A stretch of 64,000 nucleotides of DNA from Vulcanimicrobiaceae bacterium (GTDB taxonomy: Bacteria > Vulcanimicrobiota > Vulcanimicrobiia > Vulcanimicrobiales > Vulcanimicrobiaceae). Positions 27,990-38,088 of this stretch are shown here, piece by piece. Location of the stretch: contig DASXGW010000013.1 of assembly GCA_036488875.1 (NCBI GenBank), forward strand, positions 105,281 to 169,280, written 5' to 3'. The position numbers and the translations under genes were made by a program. Numbering within the stretch: the first letter of the stretch is position 1; each line of letters starts with the position of its first letter. The notes beneath the pieces were generated by a model that searched no databases, was not told the origin of the DNA, and was given only the letters and a program-made list of their open reading frames with translations.

Positions 27990-29008
27990 GGCGCCACCGC
28001 GCGCTGCAAAGCGTCGGCAAACGCGTCGACGTCTTCGGGCGTCGTGGCCCAGTGCGTCATCCAGCGCACCTCGGACGAGCGTTCGTCCCACACCAGAAAT
28101 GAGTAGTCGCGCTGGGCGCGCTCGATGGCGGCGCGGTCCATCGTGGCGAAAATGGCGTTGCATCGGACCGGCCGCGTGATACGAATGCCGTCAATGCCGC
28201 GGACGCGCTCTTCCAAGCGTTTGGTCATGGAGTTGGCGTGCGAGGCGTATTGCAACCACAGATCGCCGGTGAGCACGGCTTCGAACTGGGCGGCGATAAA
28301 GCGCATTTTCGACGAAAGCTGCATCGCCTGTTTTTGTACGAACGCGGCCGATCCGGTGCCGAGGCCGGGCTTGAGAAAACAGATCGCGTCGCCCAGCATC
28401 ATGCCGTTTTTGGTTCCACCGAACGACAAGAGATCGACGCTGGCCGTCATGACCTTTAGCGAAACGCCCAGGGCGGCCGCGGCGTTGCTGAGCCGCGCGC
28501 CGTCGACGTGAACGTTCAGTCCGTGCTCGTGAGCGAACGCGCAGAGCGTCCGCAGCTCCTCGAGCTCGTACACCCCGCCATACTCGGTCGCTTGCGAGAT
28601 CGAAAGGATGCGCGGCTGCGGAAAGTGCACGTCGACGGGTTTTAAGTACGGCTCGAGATCGGACGGCTTCAGCTTTCCGTCCTCGGTGGGGATCGGAATG
28701 ATTTTCGAACCGCTGAAACGCTCGAACGCGCCGCACTCGTCGGTTTGCAAATGCGCGGTTTCGGGACACAGCACGGCTTCCCACGGGCGCAGCAGCGCGC
28801 TCAACCCCGCGACGTTGGCTCCGGTACCGTTAAACGCAAAATAGACGTCGGTCTCGGCGCCGAACTGCTCGCGGAAGCGCTGCTTGGCGCGCGCGGTCCA
28901 GTCGTCGCCGCCATAAGGAATGGCGGCGCCCTCGTTTGCAGCCAATAGCGCTTTGACGATCTCGGGTCCGACGGGTGCGGTATTATCGCTGGCGAAGTTG
29001 CGATTCAC
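27986..29008 (-). CDS. ltaE: Low-specificity L-threonine aldolase
   Basis: NFASDNTAPV, FNGTGANV and SFGGTKNG (PLP lysine) blocks. GTG 29008 overlaps the upstream stop by 1 nt (TAGTG). 340 aa. Confidence 0.85.
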   Translation of the reverse strand: MNRNFASDNTAPVGPEIVKALLAANEGAAIPYGGDDWTARAKQRFREQFGAETDVYFAFNGTGANVAGLSALLRPWEAVLCPETAHLQTDECGAFERFSGSKIIPIPTEDGKLKPSDLEPYLKPVDVHFPQPRILSISQATEYGGVYELEELRTLCAFAHEHGLNVHVDGARLSNAAAALGVSLKVMTASVDLLSFGGTKNGMMLGDAICFLKPGLGTGSAAFVQKQAMQLSSKMRFIAAQFEAVLTGDLWLQYASHANSMTKRLEERVRGIDGIRITRPVRCNAIFATMDRAAIERAQRDYSFLVWDERSSEVRWMTHWATTPEDVDAFADALQRAVAP

Positions 29009-30366
29009 TATAGCGTCACCGTCGTTCCGCGCTGTGCGACGCTGGCGTTCCAACCGAACGCCGCATTGGCCAAGGTCGCAACCGCCGTCGCCGATTCGAC
29101 TTCGCCGTGCACGGCGAAGAGGCGCGGCTTCGTCGTACACGTCCCGAACCAGCGCTTGAGATCGTTCTGATCCGCGTGCGCCGAGAAGCCGGAAAGATGG
29201 ACGATGCCGGCTTTGATCGGCAGGGTATCGCCAAAAATGCGGACGGTGTGCGCGCCGTGAATCATCAGATACCCTAGCGTTCCCGCGCTTTGATATCCCG
29301 CAAAAATCACGGTTGCCGTCGAATCGCTCAGCCGGTTGTGCAGATGGTGCAGGATGCGCCCGCCCGACGCCATGCCGCTCGCTGAGATGATGACACACGG
29401 ATGGTGGATCGCGTTGAGCGCCTTCGAATCGTCGCTCGTGACGCACACCGTGAAGTTTTTCACGCCGAAGGGCGAGCGTGCGCTGTCGCGCGGAATCGGC
29501 TTGTGCGCGTCGGGAAACGACTCGAACAAGTCGTCGACCTTGGAGGCCATCGGACTGTCGAGATAGACCGGCAATGCCGCGATCTTCGAGTCGATCCGTT
29601 GAAGCTGCCCGATCGCCAGCAGAATGTCTTGCGAGCGTTCCACCGCAAATGCCGGGATGACGATCGGGCCGCCCCGCGCTATGGCCGCAACGAGCGCCGA
29701 GCGCAGCTCGTCGGAGGGATCCGGCGGGTGTACGCGATCGCCGTAGGTCGATTCGCTGACCAAAACTTCGGCTGCGCCGATCGGATCGGGATCGTACATC
29801 AGCGGCCGATCGTACCGTCCGAGATCGCCCGAGAACGTCACGCGTTTCCCCTCGATCGACATCGAGGCGAACGCCGAACCGATGATGTGACCGGCGTTGT
29901 GATAGGTCGCGGTGGCGCCGTCCACGAGATCGAACGTCTGACCCAGCGGAACCGTCTTCACCAGCTTCATCGTGGCGGCGACGTCGTCTTCGTTATAGTA
30001 CATCGGCGGCGCGTGCGGACGTTCGTGATGGAATCCGCGCTGGTGGAGCGTTTGCTGCAAGTGCGCCGAATCGTCGAGCACGATCTGCATCAGTGGACGC
30101 GTCGGGGGCGTGCAGTAGATCGGGCCGGAGAACCCGTCGTGCACGAGTTTCGGCAGATAGCCGACGTGATCCAGATGACCGTGCGTGATGACGACCGCGT
30201 CGATCTGCTTTGCGGGAACGGGCAGCGGCAGATCGTTGAGCGCTCGCACGTCGACGACGCCCTGAAATAAGCCGCAATCGACGAAGACGTGCTTTCCGCC
30301 GACGGTCAATAAATGTTTGCTGCCGGTTACGGTGCCGGCCGCACCGACGAATGTAAGCTCAGCCAC
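29008..30366 (-). CDS. MBL-fold beta-CASP family hydrolase (predicted RNA/DNA nuclease)
   Basis: FVDCGLFQG, ITHGHLDHVG, ESTYGDR and SGFSAHAD blocks. 452 aa, typical of bacterial beta-CASP proteins. Confidence 0.85.
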   Translation of the reverse strand: MAELTFVGAAGTVTGSKHLLTVGGKHVFVDCGLFQGVVDVRALNDLPLPVPAKQIDAVVITHGHLDHVGYLPKLVHDGFSGPIYCTPPTRPLMQIVLDDSAHLQQTLHQRGFHHERPHAPPMYYNEDDVAATMKLVKTVPLGQTFDLVDGATATYHNAGHIIGSAFASMSIEGKRVTFSGDLGRYDRPLMYDPDPIGAAEVLVSESTYGDRVHPPDPSDELRSALVAAIARGGPIVIPAFAVERSQDILLAIGQLQRIDSKIAALPVYLDSPMASKVDDLFESFPDAHKPIPRDSARSPFGVKNFTVCVTSDDSKALNAIHHPCVIISASGMASGGRILHHLHNRLSDSTATVIFAGYQSAGTLGYLMIHGAHTVRIFGDTLPIKAGIVHLSGFSAHADQNDLKRWFGTCTTKPRLFAVHGEVESATAVATLANAAFGWNASVAQRGTTVTL

Positions 30367-30976
30367 GAGTTTCTTCCGTTACGGGGGCGCGCCGGATCGG
30401 GAACTCTTCGGTGCGATTGAACGCCACGGCGCTTGGAATGGGGTTCTTCTCGTAGATATCGATGAGGCGATCGACGAGTTTTTCGGGAGCGTCGTCGGTA
30501 ACGATGATGGAACCCGTCTCTTTCTGCACCATCTTCGCGATGGGCACGAACTCGTTGCTGATGCCGCCCGAGTTGGTCAAAATGCCGATGAGCTTACCTT
30601 CGTCGTAGGCGATGCAGAACTCACCGAGCGTGCCGCTGCGGCCTCCGACGAAGATGACGAAATCGGAGCTGTGGATATTGTGCGTCTCGCGTCCCATCAA
30701 GCCGGATCCGGTGAAGACGATCGCGGTGTACGGCTGCAGCGGCGAGCCGTAAACGTTGACGTGTTCCTCGCGCGAGAGCGCCGGCGAGACCCCAAGGCTC
30801 ACGCCGCCGGCCTCGGTCGCGCCCAAAACGGCCGCGTGGGGCAATCCCGGGCAGGCGCCGGTCACGATCGTGCAGCCGCGTTCGGCAATCCGATGGCCGA
30901 CCCGGCGCGCCAGGGCGAGATGCTCGGCCCCGATGTGCCCGCCGGCCGACCCCATGACGCCGATTTGGATGTGCAT
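30359..30976 (-). CDS. LOG-like / TIGR00725-type Rossmann protein
   Basis: IGVMGSAG N-terminus and FVGGRSGTLGE (the GGxGTxxE LOG-family block). Overlaps the downstream beta-CASP gene by 8 nt. Confidence 0.7.
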   Translation of the reverse strand: MHIQIGVMGSAGGHIGAEHLALARRVGHRIAERGCTIVTGACPGLPHAAVLGATEAGGVSLGVSPALSREEHVNVYGSPLQPYTAIVFTGSGLMGRETHNIHSSDFVIFVGGRSGTLGEFCIAYDEGKLIGILTNSGGISNEFVPIAKMVQKETGSIIVTDDAPEKLVDRLIDIYEKNPIPSAVAFNRTEEFPIRRAPVTEETRG

Positions 30977-30990
30977 GTGTCACACGTATC

Positions 30991-31719
30991 GTGAAACCGC
31001 TCAACGGTACCTACCAAGACTTTGGCCGCCGGTGGAAGGCGCTGCGCTCGGATCGCATGACGGTTCGCGAAGTCGCCTGCGTCGGCGCGCCGCGCACCTT
31101 ATTGTGTGTCGAATGGGGCGATGCGCGACTGTCGTCGATCGCGCTGAGCGCGGGCGTGCACGGCGACGAGCCCGCCGGTCCGTGGGCGCTTCTCGACCTC
31201 GTCGAGGACGGCGCGCTCGACGAACGATTCGCCTATCGCATTTGGCCGTGCACCAATCCGAGCGGATTCGAGGCCGGAACGCGCGAGAGCGCGGAAGGCG
31301 TCGACGTGAACCGCACCTTCGGGCGCGGCGGCCAATCGCCCGAAGCGCGCGCCGTCGTCACGGCAAACCGCGATCGCAAGTTCGTGCTCTCGCTCGATCT
31401 TCACGAAGACTGCGACGCAAGCGGCTTTTATTGCTACGAATACGGCGGCGGAAAAATTGGACTGCAAACGGTTGCCGCGCTCTCCGCCGCCGGGTATCCG
31501 CTCGAACTGCTGCACCGGCTTACGCCCGACCCCACGGCTGAAGCCGCGACGCTCGGCGGCCTCTCGTACTCGCTGGCGATTGCCCGTCATGCCGCCCGCC
31601 ACGCGCTCACCTTTGAAACGCCCTCGCGCGCAGCGTGGGAAAGCCGTATCGGCATGCACCGGACGGCCGTTCTCGCTGCGATATCCGTCGTTTCAGGATT
31701 CCGGCTCGAGGGCGCGTAA
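30991..31719 (+). CDS. M14 / succinylglutamate desuccinylase-aspartoacylase-like zinc peptidase
   Basis: GVHGDEPAG, NPSGF and DLHED blocks. The start is uncertain: GTG 30991 lies only 14 nt from the divergent LOG-like start, and ATG 31057 is an alternative. Confidence 0.65.
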   Translation: MKPLNGTYQDFGRRWKALRSDRMTVREVACVGAPRTLLCVEWGDARLSSIALSAGVHGDEPAGPWALLDLVEDGALDERFAYRIWPCTNPSGFEAGTRESAEGVDVNRTFGRGGQSPEARAVVTANRDRKFVLSLDLHEDCDASGFYCYEYGGGKIGLQTVAALSAAGYPLELLHRLTPDPTAEAATLGGLSYSLAIARHAARHALTFETPSRAAWESRIGMHRTAVLAAISVVSGFRLEGA

Positions 31720-31728
31720 GTAGGCGGT

Positions 31729-33384
31729 ATGCCACCTACCCGCGATCAGCTCGAAGTCGACGTTCTCTTCGTCGGCGCCGGCCCAGCCAGCCTCGCCGGA
31801 GCGATCCGGCTCGGAGAGCTTGCCAAAGCCGCCGGACGCGCGCTCGAAATTCTCGTTATCGAAAAGGGCGGCGAGGTCGGCAATCACGGACTCTCGGGTG
31901 CGGTGGTCGATCCGCGGGGTCTCGACGAGTTGATTCCGGATTGGCGCGACAGCGCGCCTATCGAATCGCCCGTGACCAGCGACGAGCTGTGGTTCCTGAC
32001 GTCGAGCGGGAAGATCAAAGCGCCGTTTACTCCGCCGCCGCTCAACAATCACGGCAAGTACGTCGCTTCGCTGCAGAAGCTCACGAAGTGGCTCGGTGAT
32101 AAAGCCGAAGCGGCCGGCGCGCAAGTGTTTCCGGCGTTTCCGGGACAAGAGTTGTTGTGGGACGGCGATCGCGTCGTCGGCGTGCGCACGGGCGATAAAG
32201 GCGTCGATCACAACGGAAATCCGAAATCGAACTACGAGCCGGGCGCCGATCTCATTGCCAAGATCGTGGTGTTAGGCGAAGGCCCGCGTGGAACGCTCGC
32301 CAAGCAAGCCTTGGCGAAGCTGCCGCTGAACGACGGCCGCGAGCCGCAGGTGTACGCTGCCGGAATTAAAGAGCTTTGGCAGCTTCCCGACGATCGCTTC
32401 AAAGCCGGATCGGTGATTCACACCCTTGGCTATCCGTTGCCTGCCGAAACGTTCGGCGGCGGATTCATCTACGGCATGGCCGGCAACATCCTCGACCTCG
32501 GCATGGTGACCGGTCTGGATTATAAGAATCCGACGACCGATCCGCACAACGAGCTGCAGCGGATGAAAGAGCATCCGGTCCTTGCGAAGATGCTCGAAGG
32601 CGGCAAGATGATTCGCTACGGCGCCAAAGCGATTCCCGAAGGCGGGTTGTTTGCAATGCCGCGTCCGTACGCCGACGGTTTGATGCTCGTCGGCGATACG
32701 GGCGGCTTCCTCAACGGCATGCGGCTCAAAGGCATTCATCTCGCGATCAAGTCGGGCATCATGGCGGCGGAGACGGCCTGGGACGCGCTCCAAGCCGATA
32801 CGTACGACGCGCAGACGCTGTCGGCGCTGGAGCGGCGTTTCAAAGATTCGTGGGCGTACTCGGAGCTGCGCGTGGCGCGGAACTTCCATCAGGGATTCAA
32901 ACGCGGTATGTGGGCCGGTATGTTCAACGCAGGCCTGGCGACCTTCACCGGCGGACGCGGTTTCGGCATCGTTGACCGAATCAAGGGCGAGCCGGGCTAC
33001 GAAGTTATGGAGAAGGCCGGTTACAAACCGAAGGAGACGCCGCGCGCCAAGCTCGACAACGTGCTGACCTTCGACAAGCTCACCGACGTGTATCTAAGCG
33101 GAGCGATGCACGAGGAAGATCAGCCGAGCCACCTCAAGGTCTCCGACACGAACATCTGCCGCGACCGGTGCACGGTCGAATACGGTAATCCGTGCCAGTA
33201 TTTCTGCCCGGCGAAAGTCTACGAACCGCTCTTTGAGAAGAGCAACGGCGGTGTAGAAGGCCGCCTGCAGATCAACTTCACCAACTGCGTGCACTGCAAG
33301 ACCTGCGACATCATCGATCCCTATCAAATCATCACCTGGGTGCCTCCACAAGGTGGTGAAGGTCCCGTTTACACCGGGATGTGA
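31729..33384 (+). CDS. Electron-transfer flavoprotein:ubiquinone oxidoreductase (ETF-QO)
   Basis: VLFVGAGPASLAGA FAD fold. C-terminal 4Fe-4S region CQYFCPAKVYE ... NCVHCKTCDIIDP. 551 aa. Confidence 0.9.
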   Translation: MPPTRDQLEVDVLFVGAGPASLAGAIRLGELAKAAGRALEILVIEKGGEVGNHGLSGAVVDPRGLDELIPDWRDSAPIESPVTSDELWFLTSSGKIKAPFTPPPLNNHGKYVASLQKLTKWLGDKAEAAGAQVFPAFPGQELLWDGDRVVGVRTGDKGVDHNGNPKSNYEPGADLIAKIVVLGEGPRGTLAKQALAKLPLNDGREPQVYAAGIKELWQLPDDRFKAGSVIHTLGYPLPAETFGGGFIYGMAGNILDLGMVTGLDYKNPTTDPHNELQRMKEHPVLAKMLEGGKMIRYGAKAIPEGGLFAMPRPYADGLMLVGDTGGFLNGMRLKGIHLAIKSGIMAAETAWDALQADTYDAQTLSALERRFKDSWAYSELRVARNFHQGFKRGMWAGMFNAGLATFTGGRGFGIVDRIKGEPGYEVMEKAGYKPKETPRAKLDNVLTFDKLTDVYLSGAMHEEDQPSHLKVSDTNICRDRCTVEYGNPCQYFCPAKVYEPLFEKSNGGVEGRLQINFTNCVHCKTCDIIDPYQIITWVPPQGGEGPVYTGM

Positions 33385-34511
33385 TGCACGACGAAACTCT
33401 AGGCGTGCATGCGGGACGCAGTGTCGATCCGGCAACCGGTGCGATCGCGATTCCGCTGCATCTCTCGACGACGTTCGAACGCGATGCCGGCGGCGAATAC
33501 TCGCGCGGCTACATTTACAGTCGTGAAGGCAACCCCGTGCGCAATGCATTGGAGCGCTGCGTCGCCGAGCTGGAAGGCGGGAGCGAAGCGATCGCGTTTC
33601 CTTCGGGAATGGCGGCGGCGTTCGCGGTTTTGCAGGCGCTGCGGCCGGGCGATCGCGTCGTGGTCGCGCGCGACACGTACTTCGGCGTACGGGAGCTGCT
33701 GATCGACTATTTCCCGCAATGGGGTGTCGAAGCGGTTTTCGTCGACGTCGACGAGCCTGGTGCACTACGCTCCGCGTGTACGCCGTCGACGCGGATGGTG
33801 TGGATCGAAACGCCATCCAATCCGCTGCTGGAAGTCATCGACATTGAAGCGGCCGCAAAGACCGCTCACGACGCCGGCGCGCTGCTGGTGTGCGAGAACA
33901 CGTTCGCGACGCCGATCGTTCAGCGGCCGTTCGCACACGGAGCCGACGCAGTCGTGCACTCCGTTACGAAATACCTTTCCGGCCACAGCGACGTTTTGGC
34001 CGGCGCCGTCGTCTTCAAGGAGCCGGGTGAGTTCAAACGCCGCGTTCGAAGCTTTCAAACCAATGCCGGTTCGACCATCGATCCGTTTAGTGCGTGGCTC
34101 ACCTTGCGGGGCATTCAAACGCTCGCGATTCGGATGCGCGCCCACTGCGACAACGCGCTTGCCGTCGCCCGCTTCTTGAACGATCACCCCGCGGTGACGC
34201 GCGTGTATTATCCGGGATTGGAGAGCCATCCCGGCCATGCCGTCGCAAAGAAGCAGATGCGTGGTTTCGGCGGGATGTTGTCGTTCGAGGTGCGCGGCGG
34301 CCGGGCGGAAGCGTTCGGGATGCTCGCCGGCCTCAAGCTCGTCGCCCGCGCCACCAGCTTGGGCGGCACGCATTCGTTGATCGAGCACCGCGCGTCGATC
34401 GAAGGCGCGCACACGCGCGCCCCTGAGTCGCTGGTGCGTCTCTCCGTCGGCATCGAGCATCCCGACGACATCGTCGCGGACTTGCGGCAGGCGTTGGAGG
34501 CAGCCGGGTGA
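33381..34511 (+). CDS. Cys/Met-metabolism PLP enzyme (cystathionine gamma-synthase / beta-lyase family)
   Basis: [12 protein letters not shown] (PLP lysine) and [10 protein letters not shown] blocks. 4-nt overlap with the ETF-QO stop. Confidence 0.85.
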   Translation: MMHDETLGVHAGRSVDPATGAIAIPLHLSTTFERDAGGEYSRGYIYSREGNPVRNALERCVAELEGGSEAIAFPSGMAAAFAVLQALRPGDRVVVARDTYFGVRELLIDYFPQWGVEAVFVDVDEPGALRSACTPSTRMVWIETPSNPLLEVIDIEAAAKTAHDAGALLVCENTFATPIVQRPFAHGADAVVHSVTKYLSGHSDVLAGAVVFKEPGEFKRRVRSFQTNAGSTIDPFSAWLTLRGIQTLAIRMRAHCDNALAVARFLNDHPAVTRVYYPGLESHPGHAVAKKQMRGFGGMLSFEVRGGRAEAFGMLAGLKLVARATSLGGTHSLIEHRASIEGAHTRAPESLVRLSVGIEHPDDIVADLRQALEAAG

Positions 34512-35056
34512 CGATGCTCGTTGCCGGGCTGTTCGGTCATCGGCGCGCGCCCGATCCGTTCTACGCGTCGTGGTTTCATGCGGTCGCGCAGTGGACCAGC
34601 GATCATTGGCAGGTGCTCGCCGTCGTCATTCCGGTCGGAGGGGGCATCGCGGCCGGCATCATCAACCACTATCTGTCCCTCTCGCGCGAGAATCGTACGC
34701 GCCGACTGACGCGGCGCGACTTGCGCGTGCGCGTGCACGCCGACTTGGCAGCGCGTCTGCTCGCACACTGCAGCTACGTGCAAAACGCATATCGAGGCAA
34801 GGCACTGGATGCGGCGATATGGCGGCGCAGCAACGCAAGTCTCTACGAACGAGCGCAGATGAGCGACCTCATCGACGTTCTCGGGCCGCGGTACGTCACG
34901 TTCATGGCGGCGATCGAGCGCGAGAAGCGGATCGTCGATGATGTAACCGCGGACGCGAAGGCCTTAAAAGGTGCACGCGAAGTGCTGCAGCTCTACGCGC
35001 CGTTCATCGCTGAGTTCGGCGAGCCCAAACAGGCCCGCCGGTTGAAGCGCACGTGA
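34508..35056 (+). CDS. Hypothetical membrane-anchored protein (182 aa)
   Basis: One hydrophobic segment (WQVLAVVIPVGGGIAAGIINHYL). 4-nt overlaps with both neighbours. Confidence 0.55.
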   Translation: MTMLVAGLFGHRRAPDPFYASWFHAVAQWTSDHWQVLAVVIPVGGGIAAGIINHYLSLSRENRTRRLTRRDLRVRVHADLAARLLAHCSYVQNAYRGKALDAAIWRRSNASLYERAQMSDLIDVLGPRYVTFMAAIEREKRIVDDVTADAKALKGAREVLQLYAPFIAEFGEPKQARRLKRT

Positions 35057-36165
35057 GCCCCGGCGGCGACGTCGCCGTCATCGGCGGCGGCTTGATCGGG
35101 CTTTCGATCGCATTCGAACTGGCCGAACGCGGCGCCGCCGTGCGCGTGTACGATCGCGACGAGCCGGCGCGCGCCGCGTCGTGGGCCGGCGCGGGAATGC
35201 TCTCCCCGCACGCCGAGCCGATCGACGAAGCACTGCTGCGCCTGTGCGAAGAGTCGTTGGAGGCCTATCCGGCATTCGTGGCACGCGTACGCGACGCGAG
35301 CGGCGTCGATCCGCATCTGCACCTCAACGGCCACGTGCACGCCGCCTTCGACGATCTTGCACTCGAGCGAATGCGCGAACGGGCCGACGCGCTGCGAACG
35401 CGGGGCGTTGCGTGCGAGGTTCTCGACCGGGCGCGGCTGCTGGCGACCGAACCGTGGCTCGGCGCACACGCCACGGGCGCGCTAGCGATCGCGGGGGAAG
35501 GTCAAGTCGATAACCGGCTTCTCGGAAGAGCGTTGATCGCGGCGTGCGCGGCGCGCGGGGTATCGGTAACGCGCGTTGCGTCACTGCGCGTGGAGTGCGA
35601 TAAGCGGCGCGTGCTCGGCGTACGCAACGATTTCGGTTTTACGCCGGCGGCCGCAGTCGTCAACGCCTGCGGCGCATGGTCGGCCGCGCTCGCCGGCATT
35701 CCGGACGAAGCGCGCCCCGCCGTCGAGCCGTTCAAGGGACAAATGCTGGCGTTGCAAGCGCCCGTCGATCTGGTTCGCCGCTCGACGTGGCTGCCCAACG
35801 CTTACGTCGTACCGCGTGACGACGGCAGGCTGCTGATCGGCGCGACGGTCGAGCGCGCGCACGCCGATACTCGCGTTACGTCCGAAGGGCTGCACCGCTT
35901 GCTGCACGCGGCGCTCGACTCGGCGCCCGCGCTGGCCGGTTTTGCCGTCACCGAGACGTGGGCGGGCGTACGTCCGGGAAGCGCCGACGGCCTCCCGTTC
36001 ATTGGGCCGACCCCGATCGACGGCTTGTACGTTGCGACCGGGCATTTCAAGAACGGAATCCTCCTGTCGGCAGTGACCGCACGCCTCGTTGCCGAGGCTA
36101 TCGCGGGCAACGCCGACCCGCAGCTGGCGGCCTTTTCGCTGCACCGTCGAATGAAGGCATCGTGA
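35053..36165 (+). CDS. thiO: Glycine oxidase ThiO
   Basis: DVAVIGGGLIGLSIAFELAERG FAD fold, 370 aa, directly upstream of thiS-thiG. Confidence 0.85.
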   Translation: MSPGGDVAVIGGGLIGLSIAFELAERGAAVRVYDRDEPARAASWAGAGMLSPHAEPIDEALLRLCEESLEAYPAFVARVRDASGVDPHLHLNGHVHAAFDDLALERMRERADALRTRGVACEVLDRARLLATEPWLGAHATGALAIAGEGQVDNRLLGRALIAACAARGVSVTRVASLRVECDKRRVLGVRNDFGFTPAAAVVNACGAWSAALAGIPDEARPAVEPFKGQMLALQAPVDLVRRSTWLPNAYVVPRDDGRLLIGATVERAHADTRVTSEGLHRLLHAALDSAPALAGFAVTETWAGVRPGSADGLPFIGPTPIDGLYVATGHFKNGILLSAVTARLVAEAIAGNADPQLAAFSLHRRMKAS

Positions 36166-36362
36166 TAGCGGTAGTCAACGGCGAAGCGCACGACTTGCCC
36201 GACGGAGCAACCGTAGGGGCGCTGCTCGAGCTTCTGGGGACCAAACGCACCGGAATAGCGGTAGCGCATAACGAGCGCGTCGTTCCGCGAGCGCACTACG
36301 ATACGCACGTCATTGTGGACGGGGACCGCGTCGAAATCATTCGCGCCGTCGCTGGTGGATAA
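36162..36362 (+). CDS. thiS: Sulfur carrier protein ThiS
   Basis: 66 aa from GTG 36162 (GTGA overlap with the thiO stop). It ends in the ...VAGG C-terminal di-glycine and is hidden inside the longer ORF-track entry 35958..36362. Confidence 0.85.
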   Translation: MIAVVNGEAHDLPDGATVGALLELLGTKRTGIAVAHNERVVPRAHYDTHVIVDGDRVEIIRAVAGG

Positions 36363-36364
36363 TT

Positions 36365-37159
36365 GTGGCTAACAAAGACATTCTCAAAATCGGAAACTAC
36401 GAGTTCGCGTCGCGTCTCATCGTCGGAACGGGAAAGTACCCGTCGATGGACGTCATGCGTGCGGCGCACGCGGCCAGCGGCGCCGAGATGGTGACCGTTG
36501 CGATCCGCCGCATCGCCCTCGACGATCCCACCGGGAAGACGCTGCTCGACTTCGTCGATCGCCAACGGCTGCGCGTGCTTCCGAATACGGCGGGTTGTTT
36601 CAACGCCAAAGATGCCGTGCTCACCGCGCAGCTCGCGCGCGAGTTGTTGGAAACCGATCTCATCAAGCTCGAGGTCATCGGCGACGCGCAGACGCTCCAT
36701 CCCGACGCCGCCGAAACGGTGAAAGCTGCCGAAACGCTCGTGAACGACGGGTTCACGGTGCTGCCGTATATCGGCGACGACCCGGTCGCGTGCAAACAGC
36801 TCGAAGAGGTGGGCTGCGCCGCCATCATGCCGCTCGCGGCGCCGATCGGCAGCGGTCTGGGCGTGTGCAATCCGTATTCGATCCGCATCATCAAGGAGCG
36901 CGCGACGATTCCGGTGATCGTTGACGCCGGCGTGGGAACCGCCTCCGACGCGGCCATCGCGATGGAGCTGGGCGTCGACGCGCTGCTGATGAACACCGGC
37001 ATAGCGGCCGCGCGCGATCCGGTCGCGATGGCCGAGGCCATGAAGCATGCCGTGATCGCGGGCCGCAAAGCGTTTCTCGCGGGGCGCATGGAGAAGCGGC
37101 TCTACGCGAACGCGTCGAGTCCGATGCGCGACCTCATCTCGACGACCGAACGTGTCTAA
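36365..37159 (+). CDS. thiG: Thiazole synthase ThiG
   Basis: 264 aa with [16 protein letters not shown] and [14 protein letters not shown] blocks. Confidence 0.9.
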   Translation: MANKDILKIGNYEFASRLIVGTGKYPSMDVMRAAHAASGAEMVTVAIRRIALDDPTGKTLLDFVDRQRLRVLPNTAGCFNAKDAVLTAQLARELLETDLIKLEVIGDAQTLHPDAAETVKAAETLVNDGFTVLPYIGDDPVACKQLEEVGCAAIMPLAAPIGSGLGVCNPYSIRIIKERATIPVIVDAGVGTASDAAIAMELGVDALLMNTGIAAARDPVAMAEAMKHAVIAGRKAFLAGRMEKRLYANASSPMRDLISTTERV

Positions 37160-37481
37160 GGTCGAGCAGCTGCAAGTCGAGCAGCTGGCGGAGTGGCGTC
37201 GTACGGGTAAAGCTCACGTGCTGCTCGACGTCCGCGAAGACGACGAGGTCGCGCTGGCCTCACTCGACGGCGCCCTGCACGTGCCGATGAACGACGTTCC
37301 GTCGCGCGCCGCGGAGATTCCGCACGACACTGCGGTTGCCGTTCTCTGTCATGCCGGCGTGCGCAGTCACGCGGTTGCGCGATATCTCGCCGAACACGGT
37401 TACGAAACGGTCTACAACGTGGCCGGCGGCATTGACCGCTACGCCGCCATCGTCGATCCGTCTATTCCGAGATACGGGTAA
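37152..37481 (+). CDS. Rhodanese-like single-domain sulfurtransferase
   Basis: Active-site loop CHAGVRS. 109 aa. 8-nt overlap with the thiG end. Confidence 0.8.
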   Translation: MSKVEQLQVEQLAEWRRTGKAHVLLDVREDDEVALASLDGALHVPMNDVPSRAAEIPHDTAVAVLCHAGVRSHAVARYLAEHGYETVYNVAGGIDRYAAIVDPSIPRYG

Positions 37482-37483
37482 CG

Positions 37484-38086
37484 TTAGCGGCGCCGGGCGA
37501 TAACGAACCAATGAACCGCGCCCGCTAGCGGAGTTTCGCGGTGCGCCCACTTCCCCGCGATCTCGTCGACGCCGCACTCTTCGATCCACTCGATCTCATA
37601 TTGCGGCTCCAGCAGCGCGTCGACTTGGGAGCGCGTGAAGAACGCGTGCGCGACGCCGGCTTCATCGCCCCCCTCCGGCGCATACGTCGAAGGGTCGAGC
37701 TCGGTTCCTTTCCCGAATCGCGCGTCGCTCGTCGATCCGAGCGTCGCAGCAAAAACGGCATCCGGTTCAAGGTGTGCGGCTAACGCGTCGAGGCGCTCGG
37801 CGATCTGTGCAGCGGTGCCGTGGAGAAAGCCGTGGGTCGAAACCGCTCCGGCAAATGCGCCGTGCAACGATCGCATCGCACTGACCCGCATCGCGGCCTC
37901 GTCGTCGACGGCAAGCACGTCGAATCCGGCGCGCTCCAGCGCCGCGGCGTTGCGCCCGCTCCCCGCCGCCACGTCCAGCACGCGGACGCGACCCGGAAGC
38001 CGCTCGCGCAGACGCTCGATCGCGCGCAGCGCCAACGGATGCGGCGGGCGAATGGGGGCGTCGTCTTGTGGCGAAGTAGGCGGCAT
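37484..38086 (-). CDS. Class I SAM-dependent methyltransferase
   Basis: Motif I VLDVAAGSGRNAAAL. The ATG 38086 start lies 2 nt from the divergent K+ channel ATG (CATCGATG), so the true start may be the in-frame TTG near 38035. Confidence 0.7.
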   Translation of the reverse strand: MPPTSPQDDAPIRPPHPLALRAIERLRERLPGRVRVLDVAAGSGRNAAALERAGFDVLAVDDEAAMRVSAMRSLHGAFAGAVSTHGFLHGTAAQIAERLDALAAHLEPDAVFAATLGSTSDARFGKGTELDPSTYAPEGGDEAGVAHAFFTRSQVDALLEPQYEIEWIEECGVDEIAGKWAHRETPLAGAVHWFVIARRR

Positions 38087-38088
38087 CG

